From Taishania sp. (GTDB lineage: Bacteria; Bacteroidota; Bacteroidia; Flavobacteriales_D; Crocinitomicaceae): a DNA stretch of 64,000 nucleotides. Positions 49,049-58,883 of this stretch are shown one piece after another. Location of the stretch: contig DAIOWV010000006.1 of assembly GCA_036758285.1 (NCBI GenBank), positions 6,100-70,099 on the forward strand, given 5' to 3'. A program made the translations under genes and the position numbers. The notes under the pieces are model-generated. The model did no database searches and was not told where the DNA came from. It saw only the letters and a program-made list of their open reading frames with translations. Position 1 is the first letter of the stretch. Every line of letters starts with the position of its first letter.

Positions 49049-49837
49049 TTAGTTTGGAGTGTAATATTTACCGTCTCTTGAATTAAAGAAAAAGCGTTTT
49101 ACTAAGACATCCGTACATTCAATTTCAGGAGTAATTTTATAATAATCATCTGTTGAAGAAATGTTTTTCATTGTCGCTTTTCTCAAAATTATATCTTTTA
49201 CATCAGAATAAGACCCTTTTCCATATTCAAAACAAAATGCTTCTAATTTATCTGTTCCCCAACCATCATATAATTGCCAATGAAAAGCATAAATTGGTTT
49301 ATCATTCATAAAAAGAAAAACCTTACGGAATTGTGAATTTCGAATTGAATAATCAACAAGTACATCTTTATGTTTATCCGATGAAATGTTTTCGAAAGAT
49401 ATCCCCAATTCTCTTTGAGGAGATGAACCAAAAGGAATTGGATCAGAGAATTTATTCGTGATACTGCTATAATAAACAATATAATTATGTTCTCCAAAAA
49501 AACCTAATTCTGAGGAACGTGCCACATTATTTTCGACCTTGGCTTTTTTTAGTGCATTCTCAAATCGATTGATTGTGATAACGTAATCTAATTTATTGTC
49601 ATCATTTAAATGATCTTCATAAACTTTTAATGAATAATTTTCACCTTGAGTAATGTCAATTTTGCGTTCAACGTGATTTTTTATTCTTTGATCAAATGGC
49701 AAAGACAAATCATCATCGCTTTCTTTATTGAGAACAACATTTTCTTCTTTTTTTGTTTCACCACCACAACTAACTAATAATGAGAACAATAAACAAAAAA
49801 ATAAAATATTTGAAGTTGGATACATTTTGATTGTCAT
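49049..49837 (-). CDS. Hypothetical lipoprotein
   Basis: Lipobox LVS|C followed by an acidic stretch; -7 box TATATTTG at 49855-62 (minus). Confidence 0.7.
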   Translation of the reverse strand: MTIKMYPTSNILFFCLLFSLLVSCGGETKKEENVVLNKESDDDLSLPFDQRIKNHVERKIDITQGENYSLKVYEDHLNDDNKLDYVITINRFENALKKAKVENNVARSSELGFFGEHNYIVYYSSITNKFSDPIPFGSSPQRELGISFENISSDKHKDVLVDYSIRNSQFRKVFLFMNDKPIYAFHWQLYDGWGTDKLEAFCFEYGKGSYSDVKDIILRKATMKNISSTDDYYKITPEIECTDVLVKRFFFNSRDGKYYTPN

Positions 49838-49903
49838 TTTGATTGAATATTATACAAATATAAATCTGTGTTATAAATTTAAGAATGAAAAATAAAGCTT
49901 TTT

Positions 49904-51019
49904 TTAAAAAAGGATCTTTTCTGTTTTATTTTTCTTAATAAAGTTAGCTATTATGCGTTGAATTTCTTCATCACCAGAATCGGAATGAATAAATCGTTTC
50001 CAATAAATTGGATTCGATCTGTGTAAATGAAAAGGCGCATAACCAAAACCTGCATATTGCCCTTTATCGATTAAAACTAAACTCTTTTCTTGCTTACTTC
50101 TTCCCTTTCCTATGATAAAAAACGATTCCCTATTAAAATCGAATTCTCCAAGTATTTTACCAAACAAATCACTTATAACAGATGTTTTTTTTCTTGGAAC
50201 TGGATTGTATTTCGGGATTCCATTCTTTAAATTTTGATATTCAACAATCGAAGCGATAAGTTCTGATCCTGTTTGTTCAGTTTCAAAACGAATAATTTCA
50301 CTACACCATTTCGCACTTTTTTTAATTGCTGAATCTTTTAGATGTTGCTCTATACTAGTTCTAATATTTTTACTTTTCCCAAGGTAAATCATCTCATTTA
50401 CTTCATTGTAGAACTTATAAACACCTATTTTATTTGATGTTTCTTCAAGAATATCTAAATTTAATTGAGGATGTAAAATCCTTGGATTTAATTCACTTTC
50501 AATAAAACTACTTAACTCACCTTTATCTTTTTCCAGTAACAAAGTAAGCAACTTTGCAGTCGCGAGAGCATCACCTCCAGCTCGATGTCTTCCAACAAGT
50601 TTTATTCCCAAAGAATTGGTCAACTTCCCTAAACTATATGAATTTTGATCAGGAATAAAATGTCTTGATGATCGCACAGTACACAAATGTGGCAATCTAT
50701 AATCATAACCCAAACGACGAAACTCACTTCGTATCATTCCATAATCGAAGTTGACATTATGAGCTACAAAAACAGTGTCTTGAGTAAATTCAACTATTTT
50801 TTTTGCAATTTCATAAAATTTAGGAGCACTAGCTACCATTTCATCTGTAATTCCAGTAAGATTAGACACAAATTCTGGAATTGGAGTTTCGGGATCTACA
50901 AGAGAAACGAATTCATCGATTACCTCTTTTCCATCATGACGATAAATGGCAATTTCCGTAATCTTAGAAGATTTCGGATTACCACCTGTAGTTTCAACAT
51001 CTATGACAGAATAAATCAT
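49904..51019 (-). CDS. DEDDh 3'-5' exonuclease (DnaQ-like) fused to a GIY-YIG-like domain
   Basis: IDVETTG, AHNVNFD, HRAGGDA; GVYKF..IYLGKS..PKYN. Confidence 0.88.
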   Translation of the reverse strand: MIYSVIDVETTGGNPKSSKITEIAIYRHDGKEVIDEFVSLVDPETPIPEFVSNLTGITDEMVASAPKFYEIAKKIVEFTQDTVFVAHNVNFDYGMIRSEFRRLGYDYRLPHLCTVRSSRHFIPDQNSYSLGKLTNSLGIKLVGRHRAGGDALATAKLLTLLLEKDKGELSSFIESELNPRILHPQLNLDILEETSNKIGVYKFYNEVNEMIYLGKSKNIRTSIEQHLKDSAIKKSAKWCSEIIRFETEQTGSELIASIVEYQNLKNGIPKYNPVPRKKTSVISDLFGKILGEFDFNRESFFIIGKGRSKQEKSLVLIDKGQYAGFGYAPFHLHRSNPIYWKRFIHSDSGDEEIQRIIANFIKKNKTEKILF

Positions 51020-51023
51020 TCAA

Positions 51024-51031
51024 CAAAGGTA
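51024..51031 (-). promoter_or_regulatory. -7 element 4 nt before the exonuclease ATG
   Basis: Minus strand TACCTTTG-TTGA-ATG. Confidence 0.7.
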
Positions 51032-51181
51032 TAGTAAATCTGAAGTTAATAATATTAATCAAAGGAAAAAACTATATTTTATCTGCAAAAATCAATTGAA
51101 TTATAAAAAAAAATAAATTTTCTATGAAAGATCTTTGAGATTCATTCAATTATTCAGCTTTAAACTGATTATTTTTACACA

Positions 51182-53188
51182 ATGAAGCAATCAAATTCTC
51201 TTATAAACGAAAGTTCTCCATATTTACAACAACATGCTTACAATCCTGTAAATTGGATTCCTTGGTCTGACAATATTTTTGAACGTGCAGCCAGAGAGAA
51301 TAAATTAGTACTTATTAGTGTAGGTTATTCAGCTTGTCATTGGTGTCATGTAATGGAACATGAAAGTTTCGAAAATCAGGAAATAGCTGATATAATGAAT
51401 GAACATTTTATTAATGTAAAAGTTGATCGAGAAGAACGTCCTGATGTTGACCAAGTTTACATGACTGCAGTACAATTAATGACACAACGAGGTGGTTGGC
51501 CTTTAAATTGTTTCACATTACCAGATGGTCGTCCAATTTATGGTGGCACGTATTTCCCGAAAGATCAATGGAAAAACATATTACACTCATTGCAACACAT
51601 GTTTGTAAATGATAAAGATAGAGCAGAAGAGTATGCAGTTAAATTACATGAAGGAATTGTAAACAGCGAACTGATTTCTATTCCACAAGAGCAACTTCCA
51701 TTTGAAAAAGATAAAATTTACGAACTTATTCTTAGATGGAAACGTCAATTTGATCAAAATGAAGGAGGAAATTCAAAAGCTCCAAAGTTCCCACTACCAA
51801 ACAATTATCAATTTTTGCTCCAATATGCCATTCAATTTAATGATGACACAGTTTTAAAACATGTTGAATTAACTCTTGACAAAATTGCAATGGGAGGAAT
51901 TTATGATCAAATAGGTGGTGGATTTGCTCGCTACTCTGTTGACATGCTATGGAAAGTTCCTCATTTTGAAAAAATGCTTTATGACAATGCCCAATTGATT
52001 TCTTTGTATTCTCAAGCATATAAAATTTTCAAAAAACCTCTCTATAAAAGAATTGTTCAACAAACAATTGAATGGTTACAAAAAGAAATGTTTCATTCAG
52101 AAGGTTGTTATCTCTCAGCAATTGATGCAGATAGTGAAGGTGAAGAAGGGAAATATTATTGTTGGTCAATGGATGAATATAAACAGTTTTTGTCTGATGA
52201 TTTTGGTTTTGCTTCCGATTTGTATAGTTTTAATTGGAGAGGACATTGGGAGGATGGAAAATATATTCCATTGAGGGTGTTAACAGATGAAGAACTCAAG
52301 AAAAAATATTCCCTTGATAATATTGAATTAAACAATAAAATCGCTAAAATCAATGATATTTTACGAAACGAAAGAGAGAAAAGAATAAAACCAGGCATCG
52401 ATGATAAATGTCTTACCTCTTGGAATGCTTTATTATCAATTGGATTATCAGACGCATATACAGCATTCGAAGAAGAAGAATACAAACATTTATCTAACAA
52501 AATCGTAAAATGGATAGTAACAAATCAGCTACAAAAAAATGATTCTCTACTTCGAACAAGAAAAAATGGAATCAGTAAAATTGATGGCTTTTTAGAAGAT
52601 TACTCAACGGTTATTCAAGCTTTTACACGATATTATGAAATTTCTGGGGATGAATCATACGCCATAAAAGCACGTGATATAATGAACTATGCAATCGAAC
52701 ATTTTCAACATCCTTCAAGTAAAATGTTTTATTTCACATCCAATTCATCTCAGTTAATTGCTCGTAAAATGGACATTAATGATAATGTCATTCCAGCGAG
52801 CAATTCAATTATGGCTAATAACCTTTGGAATTTAGGCCATTTATTTGAAAATAAAGAATGGATTGATAGTTCACGTCAGCAATTAGCAAACATGTATGAT
52901 GGTATGGAAATGTACGGTTCTGGTTATAGCAACTGGGGTATTTTACTATTAAACAATATCAATCCTTTTTATGAAGTTGTAATATCAGATAATAATGTAA
53001 TTGAAGAAAGATTAAAATGGTTAAAGGAATACACTCCAAACACACTTACAGCATATTATTCAGAAATTATTCCTTTAGGAAAGTTTAAACAACAAAAAGA
53101 ACAAACGCTATACTATGTATGTTCTGAAAAAATAGGATGTTTACCTCCTATGAATACACTAAATGATGTTTTTGAAATAATTAACTAA
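51182..53188 (+). CDS. YyaL/SSP411 (DUF255) thioredoxin-domain protein
   Basis: [55 protein letters not shown]. Confidence 0.92.
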   Translation: MKQSNSLINESSPYLQQHAYNPVNWIPWSDNIFERAARENKLVLISVGYSACHWCHVMEHESFENQEIADIMNEHFINVKVDREERPDVDQVYMTAVQLMTQRGGWPLNCFTLPDGRPIYGGTYFPKDQWKNILHSLQHMFVNDKDRAEEYAVKLHEGIVNSELISIPQEQLPFEKDKIYELILRWKRQFDQNEGGNSKAPKFPLPNNYQFLLQYAIQFNDDTVLKHVELTLDKIAMGGIYDQIGGGFARYSVDMLWKVPHFEKMLYDNAQLISLYSQAYKIFKKPLYKRIVQQTIEWLQKEMFHSEGCYLSAIDADSEGEEGKYYCWSMDEYKQFLSDDFGFASDLYSFNWRGHWEDGKYIPLRVLTDEELKKKYSLDNIELNNKIAKINDILRNEREKRIKPGIDDKCLTSWNALLSIGLSDAYTAFEEEEYKHLSNKIVKWIVTNQLQKNDSLLRTRKNGISKIDGFLEDYSTVIQAFTRYYEISGDESYAIKARDIMNYAIEHFQHPSSKMFYFTSNSSQLIARKMDINDNVIPASNSIMANNLWNLGHLFENKEWIDSSRQQLANMYDGMEMYGSGYSNWGILLLNNINPFYEVVISDNNVIEERLKWLKEYTPNTLTAYYSEIIPLGKFKQQKEQTLYYVCSEKIGCLPPMNTLNDVFEIIN

Positions 53189-53196
53189 CAAATGAA

Positions 53197-53838
53197 TTAG
53201 TCTTTTTGAGAATATTCATCGTGGATTCGTTTCAACTCTACGGCATCATTAGCATCAATACCTAAACTATCGGCTATTTCCTTTGCTCGTAAAATATCTT
53301 TCACTGTCAAACCTGTAGAATCTTGTTCCGACCTTAAAGAATTTGTAAGGAAAATGGTACTTTCTTTTATTCTTGGGATAGTAGTTAAAGATATTTCTTT
53401 TACAGGTTCATACAATATGGATTCTGATTTTGTTTCCTCTTTAATAAAATCACTTTTTTCGTCATACGATTCAAGTAAAACGATAAAAACACTGAGTATA
53501 TAAAGCACTTTTATCAAAGCAAAAACAACACCTAAAAATTTATTTATTGGTGTTAAATTAGCAATATCAACAACCTTTTCAAGCATCTTACCGCCAAAAA
53601 ACACCATCGCTCCAACAGCTAAAAAAGTGACCGTAAAGGCAATTACAGGCAAATAAGTTGTTTGTAAATTCCAATTATTTTTTAAAAAGTTAGCTGTCCC
53701 ATCAGAAAAATTAATTCCTGCATAAATTCCAACTAATAATGCCAATAAAGTACAGACTTCAATAATAAATCCATTTTTAAAACCTTTATAGACACCATAT
53801 CCAATGGGTATAAAAAAAAGTATATCAATAAAATTCAT
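53197..53838 (-). CDS. CvpA family membrane protein
   Basis: MNFIDI..YKGFKNGFI.E..L..INKFLG.VF..K. Confidence 0.82.
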   Translation of the reverse strand: MNFIDILFFIPIGYGVYKGFKNGFIIEVCTLLALLVGIYAGINFSDGTANFLKNNWNLQTTYLPVIAFTVTFLAVGAMVFFGGKMLEKVVDIANLTPINKFLGVVFALIKVLYILSVFIVLLESYDEKSDFIKEETKSESILYEPVKEISLTTIPRIKESTIFLTNSLRSEQDSTGLTVKDILRAKEIADSLGIDANDAVELKRIHDEYSQKD

Positions 53839-53843
53839 TCCAA

Positions 53844-54497
53844 TTATTTGATTTCTTCATAATCATCAAAATGATTATCATTTCTATCTTCATTGTTAGA
53901 GTTCGGATTTTTATTTTCAAATGCACGACCAGAAACCAGCATCATTACAGAATTTACAACTTTCATTATAATATTCATTAAAAAAAAGAATCCTATTATT
54001 TTAAAAATAAAACCAAAGATAGGAGTGTCTTCAATATTTAATATACTTTCTTGAAACCATAAAGAAATTGGATTGACAGCCCATTGAGGATAAAAACAAA
54101 ATAAGATAAATGTAGAAATAGCAACTGTAATGACAGTTATTTCAGCTTTTAGGTTAAAACCAAAATCAGTTTGAATCATCCCTTGTGTATAGATTTTAAA
54201 CATCATTTGTTTATTTTGACGTTGCTGTAATTTTCCTAAAAAATACATTAACAGAATAATTGCTCCAAAAACAATTTGGCGATTATAATCCAATCCCTCA
54301 ATATCTTTATTGTAACAGATTAAAAAAGTAACATTTACCAAAAAAAGATATTGTACAGCTTTCAAAAGATACACTTCGGTTGTTTGACGTTGTCTTCCTA
54401 TTGTTAGTAAACGTATACCTAAGTTGATTAATCCCCAGATAAATCCAAAAATGGCAAAAACGACTCCTAATCGAAAAATAAAATTCAATATCTCCAT
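53844..54497 (-). CDS. Hypothetical membrane protein
   Basis: Five or six hydrophobic segments, acidic tail FDDYEEIK. Confidence 0.7.
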   Translation of the reverse strand: MEILNFIFRLGVVFAIFGFIWGLINLGIRLLTIGRQRQTTEVYLLKAVQYLFLVNVTFLICYNKDIEGLDYNRQIVFGAIILLMYFLGKLQQRQNKQMMFKIYTQGMIQTDFGFNLKAEITVITVAISTFILFCFYPQWAVNPISLWFQESILNIEDTPIFGFIFKIIGFFFLMNIIMKVVNSVMMLVSGRAFENKNPNSNNEDRNDNHFDDYEEIK

Positions 54498-54599
54498 ACT
54501 ACAAAAATGCTAAAAGCAAACGAAAAATGAATCATTAATCTGTTAAAAATATAGAATTTTACTTTACGCAACACAATATTTCAATCCAACAAACTTAAA

Positions 54600-54871
54600 A
54601 CCTGAGTTCGATTAAAAATTGCATTCAGGTTGTGAATTTTAGTTGTGGTTTTTTAGACGATTTCTCAAGTAATACTGAAGTATTTCGAGAAAAATCAACG
54701 AGGAAAACCAACTAAAAACACAAAGTTAATTGTCTATATTTCTTTACCCACTTGAAAAAACACAGTTTTGTCGTTAAAAATCCTTGAAATGACTCGCCAT
54801 TTCTTCGCTTTCCTGCCTAAAACCTGAGTGTTTTCAAGTGTCCTGAACATAATTTGTAATCGAACTCAGGT
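54600..54871. mobile_element. MITE-like non-autonomous element, 272 bp
   Basis: Terminal inverted repeats ACCTGAGTTCGATTA(A/C)AAATTnnnTTCAGG (26/30, first 15 perfect); TTAAA duplicated at 54595-99 and 54872-76; no ORF in the supplied track. Confidence 0.85.
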
Positions 54872-54911
54872 TTAAAGCAACATTCAACCAAATTAACTAC
54901 CTTTGTCTTGT

Positions 54912-56126
54912 ATGAAAAGTTTTGATATTCCTGAATATTATCGTTCACCTATTATCAGTAAAGTGAAATCTATTCGTAAGACACAAGATCCTCGAAAAAA
55001 GGACTTTACACCTACGCTATTAGATTTTGGGAATGTTAAATTCTATATTGCAAGACACTTTGGGTTTTGTTATGGGGTTGAAAATGCTATTGAAATTGCA
55101 TACAAAGCAATTTATGAAAACCCTGGAAAACGAATTTTTCTTTTAAGTCAGATGATTCATAACCCAGGAGTTAATGAAGATTTATTAAGTCATGGGCTAC
55201 AATTTCTTCAAGACACCTATGGAAATCAACTAATTGAATGGGATTCACTTACCCAAGATGATGTAGTTGTCATCCCTGCTTTTGGAACAACTATTGAAAT
55301 CATGAATAAACTGACAGCAATTGGTTTAAACATTGAAAAATATGACACAACTTGCCCATTTGTAGAAAAAGTATGGAATCGTTCTGAAAAACTAGGGCAA
55401 GATGGGCATACAATCATTATTCATGGGAAATTCAATCACGAAGAAACAAGAGCAACTTTTTCACACAGTAGTTCTACCACAGCATCTTTAGTGGTAAAAG
55501 ACATGAAAGAAACAATGATTCTGGGTGATTTTATTCTTGGTAAAATCAGTATAGAAGAATTCAATCAAACATTTGAAAATAGAACTTCAATAAATTTTGA
55601 CCCATCCAACGATTTAAATAAAATAGGCGTTGTTAATCAAACAACAATGTTGGCAACAGAAACACAAGAAATTACTGATTATTTGCGTTCAATCATGATT
55701 CAAAAATACGGAGAAGACGATATTAAAGATCATATTGCCGACACAAGAGATACTTTATGTTATGCTACGAATGACAATCAATCTTCAACTTATGGGTTAA
55801 TGGAAATTGATGCAGATTTAGCTGTTGTTGTTGGAGGATATAATAGTTCAAATACAACGCATTTGGTCGAGCTACTGGAACAAAAATTCCCTAGTTACTT
55901 CATAAAAGATGTCAATGAAATTATTTCAGAAAATGAAGTTCGATCGTTCAATATACATTCAAAAGAGATAGAAACGTTGAATCAATTTATTGAAGGTGGA
56001 GCAAAAACCATTGCAATTACATCTGGTGCTTCTTGTCCCGATGCTGTTGTAGATCAAGTAATACAAAAAATATTAGCACTAAAGGGAATTAATAAATCAA
56101 TTCAAGAAATTGTAGATTCCATTTAA
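54912..56126 (+). CDS. ispH: 4-hydroxy-3-methylbut-2-enyl diphosphate reductase
   Basis: FGFCYGVENA, DTTCPFV, HEET, NQTT, DTLCYAT, GGYNSSNT, TSGASCPD. ATG 54912 preferred because TTG 54903 lies inside the -7 box TACCTTTG (54898-905). Confidence 0.95.
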   Translation: MKSFDIPEYYRSPIISKVKSIRKTQDPRKKDFTPTLLDFGNVKFYIARHFGFCYGVENAIEIAYKAIYENPGKRIFLLSQMIHNPGVNEDLLSHGLQFLQDTYGNQLIEWDSLTQDDVVVIPAFGTTIEIMNKLTAIGLNIEKYDTTCPFVEKVWNRSEKLGQDGHTIIIHGKFNHEETRATFSHSSSTTASLVVKDMKETMILGDFILGKISIEEFNQTFENRTSINFDPSNDLNKIGVVNQTTMLATETQEITDYLRSIMIQKYGEDDIKDHIADTRDTLCYATNDNQSSTYGLMEIDADLAVVVGGYNSSNTTHLVELLEQKFPSYFIKDVNEIISENEVRSFNIHSKEIETLNQFIEGGAKTIAITSGASCPDAVVDQVIQKILALKGINKSIQEIVDSI

Positions 56127-56127
56127 A

Positions 56128-56802
56128 TCACCAGATAATTGGTGTTTTTTGTTTACTAATTAAGTATTCATTTGTTCTACTAAAATGTTTATTCCCAAAC
56201 CACAGTCCTTGATTTGCACTCATAGGTGATGGATGTCCTGATTCCAAAACCAAATGTTTTTGTCTATCTATATTTTTTCCTTTATTTCGAGCATATCCAC
56301 CCCATAACATGAATACAACATGTTCATTCTCCTGTGAAATCTTTTCAATAACGGCATCTGTGAACATTTCCCAACCTTTTCGTTGATGACTTTGCGGCTT
56401 CCCTTCTTGTACCGTTAAAATCGAATTTAAAAGCAACACTCCTTGATCTGCCCATCTTGTCAAGTCTCCATTTTCCGGAATAGGTTGCCCCAAATCTGAT
56501 TCAATTTCTTTAAAGATATTTATCAAACTCTTAGCAAATGGACGGACATTCGGATTAATTGAAAAACAAAGTCCATTGGCATGTCCTTTTGTAGGATATG
56601 GATCTTGTCCCAGAATTACAACTTTTAATTTATCAAAAGGGCAAGAATCAAATGCTTTAAAAATCGTTCCTGCAGGAGGAAAAATAGCGTTTTTATTTAA
56701 TTGATATTCAGACTTTACAAAAGTAATAAGTTGATCAAAATACTCTTTTGAAAATTCATCTTTAAGAATTTGTTTCCAACTCTCTTCTATTCTAACATTC
56801 AT
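56128..56802 (-). CDS. ung: Uracil-DNA glycosylase family 1
   Basis: KVVILGQDPY, ANGLCFS, QGVLLLN, LWG, HPSPMSA. Start at MNVRIEESW, since the longer ORF runs through the upstream terminator. Confidence 0.96.
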   Translation of the reverse strand: MNVRIEESWKQILKDEFSKEYFDQLITFVKSEYQLNKNAIFPPAGTIFKAFDSCPFDKLKVVILGQDPYPTKGHANGLCFSINPNVRPFAKSLINIFKEIESDLGQPIPENGDLTRWADQGVLLLNSILTVQEGKPQSHQRKGWEMFTDAVIEKISQENEHVVFMLWGGYARNKGKNIDRQKHLVLESGHPSPMSANQGLWFGNKHFSRTNEYLISKQKTPIIW

Positions 56803-56822
56803 TTTGTAAATATACATAAAAC

Positions 56823-56853
56823 AAAAAAGTCGCTGGAAATCCAGCGACTTTTT
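56823..56853. terminator. Intrinsic terminator of the upstream T9SS cargo gene
   Basis: AAAAAAGTCGCTGGA-AA-TCCAGCGACTTTTT. Confidence 0.9.
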
Positions 56854-56871
56854 ATACAATATATAATTGAA

Positions 56872-58755
56872 TTATTGTACAATCAATTTTCTAGTAACTT
56901 TAGAGTCATTAGACTTAATTGCTACAGAATAAACTCCAGTTGACAAACCAGCAACATTTACAGTTGTTGAGTTGTTACCAGCAGCAACATTAGTTAAAGA
57001 TACAGATTCAACAACTTTACCAGTAATATCTGTTACTTCAACAGAAACACTTGAAGAAGTTGCTAAGTTAAATTCTACCGTTGCTTTATCTTTCGCTGGG
57101 TTAGGGAAGATAGAAACACCAGAAAATAAATCTTGATTTTCAATTCCTAAAGAAGGATTAAAGTTAGCACGAACAACAGGAATATCTGTAAAAGTTCCCC
57201 ATGTGTTACCACCAACTGTTCTAATCCAACATTGACCAGATCCAGTATAAGTTTCACCTCCAGCAGCTACTTTAACAGGTAAAGATCCTGCAATACGTAA
57301 CAATACTAAATAAGTTTTACCAGACTCTAAATAATAAGGAGTCAAAAATTGAAGCGTCTGAATTTGATTTGCTTGAGAAGCAGAAGCAACTGCAAACATA
57401 TCTGTTTCTGTCAATGGACCAGTCCAACGATTACTCAATTGAGTTGCAGCAGGATTATACTCATATAACTCACCATAAACTTCAGCTCCAACAGGAGTAC
57501 CTGTAAATAATCTAAAATTAATACCATGGATTTCTTGATCATTAAAAATATCAAATGCATTACCTACACCATCAATAACAACTGGATTATTAGATTGGTC
57601 TATCAATCCTGTTAACGGATATTCTGTAAAAGGAGCTCCTTTATCTACAGCATAAATATGATTAGTTACATCAAACTTAACTGGTGTGAAGATTGAATTA
57701 TTCGTAAGGTTATCATCAGCTTCAGTTAAAGTCAAGTTTTGGTTAACAGTATAAGATCCAACAACAGTTGGTGTATATTCAACTTCAAGCGTATCAACTG
57801 CTCCTGGAAGAAGCGTTACTCCTGTTGAAGTTTCAGTAATACCATTTCCTGTTACGTTTAAAACAACGTTTGTCAAATTTTGAGATCCTTGATTCTTAAC
57901 TCCAGCTCTAAATGTAATTGGAGCAATTTGAGATAAAGGAATTTGAGAATACTGATACATTTCAGTATGAGCGAAACTATAAGTATTAACTAAATCAAAA
58001 TCATTTTTAGTAGCAATTTCAATATCGTCAATATACCAACCATATGAAACCCAAGCATTTGGATTTGTAGTTGTGATATCACGCTCACTTGTCCATCTAA
58101 AACGAATTTGTACAGTTGAAGCTCCAGTTTGAATTGCATTTGATATATCAACTTCTACAGTCTCTGGATTAGGCCAAGGGTTACTAGAAGTTTGAGTATG
58201 CATTGCTTTATGACTTGTATCATAAACTTTTGTCCAAGTAGTACCATCTACACTTACTAAAACCTCTCCTAAATCATAGAATTTAGCTCCAGTTTGTTGG
58301 AATCTTAGAAGTGCATTGTTTCCTCCAGCTAAAGTTTGAACATTGATCACACCACTTGTCAATGTATAAACAACACCAATACCTGGACTTGCTGTAGGAC
58401 CATTTGACATCTCACCAAATTTACCTCTTGAAGTCGAATTAAAAATAGAAGTTCCTGTTCCAGAGATCCACCAACCATTATAAACAGCATCAGTTGTCCA
58501 TCCATAGTTAGCTCCAGTTTGACCTGAATTATCAGCTGTCCAAGAAGAAGTAGAAACTGTTGCTAATCCAGCTCCAGAAACAATTGAATCAAAATTATCA
58601 CGCCATACAACTGTACCTAAAGCTTTAGGAGTGCTAATAGTTGTTGGTTTTGCCGCTTCAAGATTCAACTCATGTTTTCTGTAAACAGAAGTCTGAGCAA
58701 AAGTGCTTCCTATACCGGCAAATATAAAAGCTCCAAAAAGTAATTTATTTTTCAT
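56872..58755 (-). CDS. T9SS type A cargo, beta-rich (adhesin-like and Ig-like domains)
   Basis: Signal TFA|Q; VQIRFRW..YGWYIDDI motif; CTD IFPNPA..TDITGK..GVYSV..RKLIVQ; -7 box TAAATTTG at 58783-90 (minus). Confidence 0.85.
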   Translation of the reverse strand: MKNKLLFGAFIFAGIGSTFAQTSVYRKHELNLEAAKPTTISTPKALGTVVWRDNFDSIVSGAGLATVSTSSWTADNSGQTGANYGWTTDAVYNGWWISGTGTSIFNSTSRGKFGEMSNGPTASPGIGVVYTLTSGVINVQTLAGGNNALLRFQQTGAKFYDLGEVLVSVDGTTWTKVYDTSHKAMHTQTSSNPWPNPETVEVDISNAIQTGASTVQIRFRWTSERDITTTNPNAWVSYGWYIDDIEIATKNDFDLVNTYSFAHTEMYQYSQIPLSQIAPITFRAGVKNQGSQNLTNVVLNVTGNGITETSTGVTLLPGAVDTLEVEYTPTVVGSYTVNQNLTLTEADDNLTNNSIFTPVKFDVTNHIYAVDKGAPFTEYPLTGLIDQSNNPVVIDGVGNAFDIFNDQEIHGINFRLFTGTPVGAEVYGELYEYNPAATQLSNRWTGPLTETDMFAVASASQANQIQTLQFLTPYYLESGKTYLVLLRIAGSLPVKVAAGGETYTGSGQCWIRTVGGNTWGTFTDIPVVRANFNPSLGIENQDLFSGVSIFPNPAKDKATVEFNLATSSSVSVEVTDITGKVVESVSLTNVAAGNNSTTVNVAGLSTGVYSVAIKSNDSKVTRKLIVQ

Positions 58756-58883
58756 TCTTATTTTTTTAAATAATGTTACCTACAAATTTAGAAAGTAAAA
58801 AACAATAAAACAACATTAATTTTAATTTAACATTTAATATTCTTTAGTTACTCACTATAAAAACAGTTTATTCACTACTTTAA

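Noticed and set aside
54903..54911. TTG start for ispH
   Set aside because: The TTG is part of the TACCTTTG promoter element
56803..56859. Longer ung start
   Set aside because: Runs through a terminator hairpin and the -7-like box
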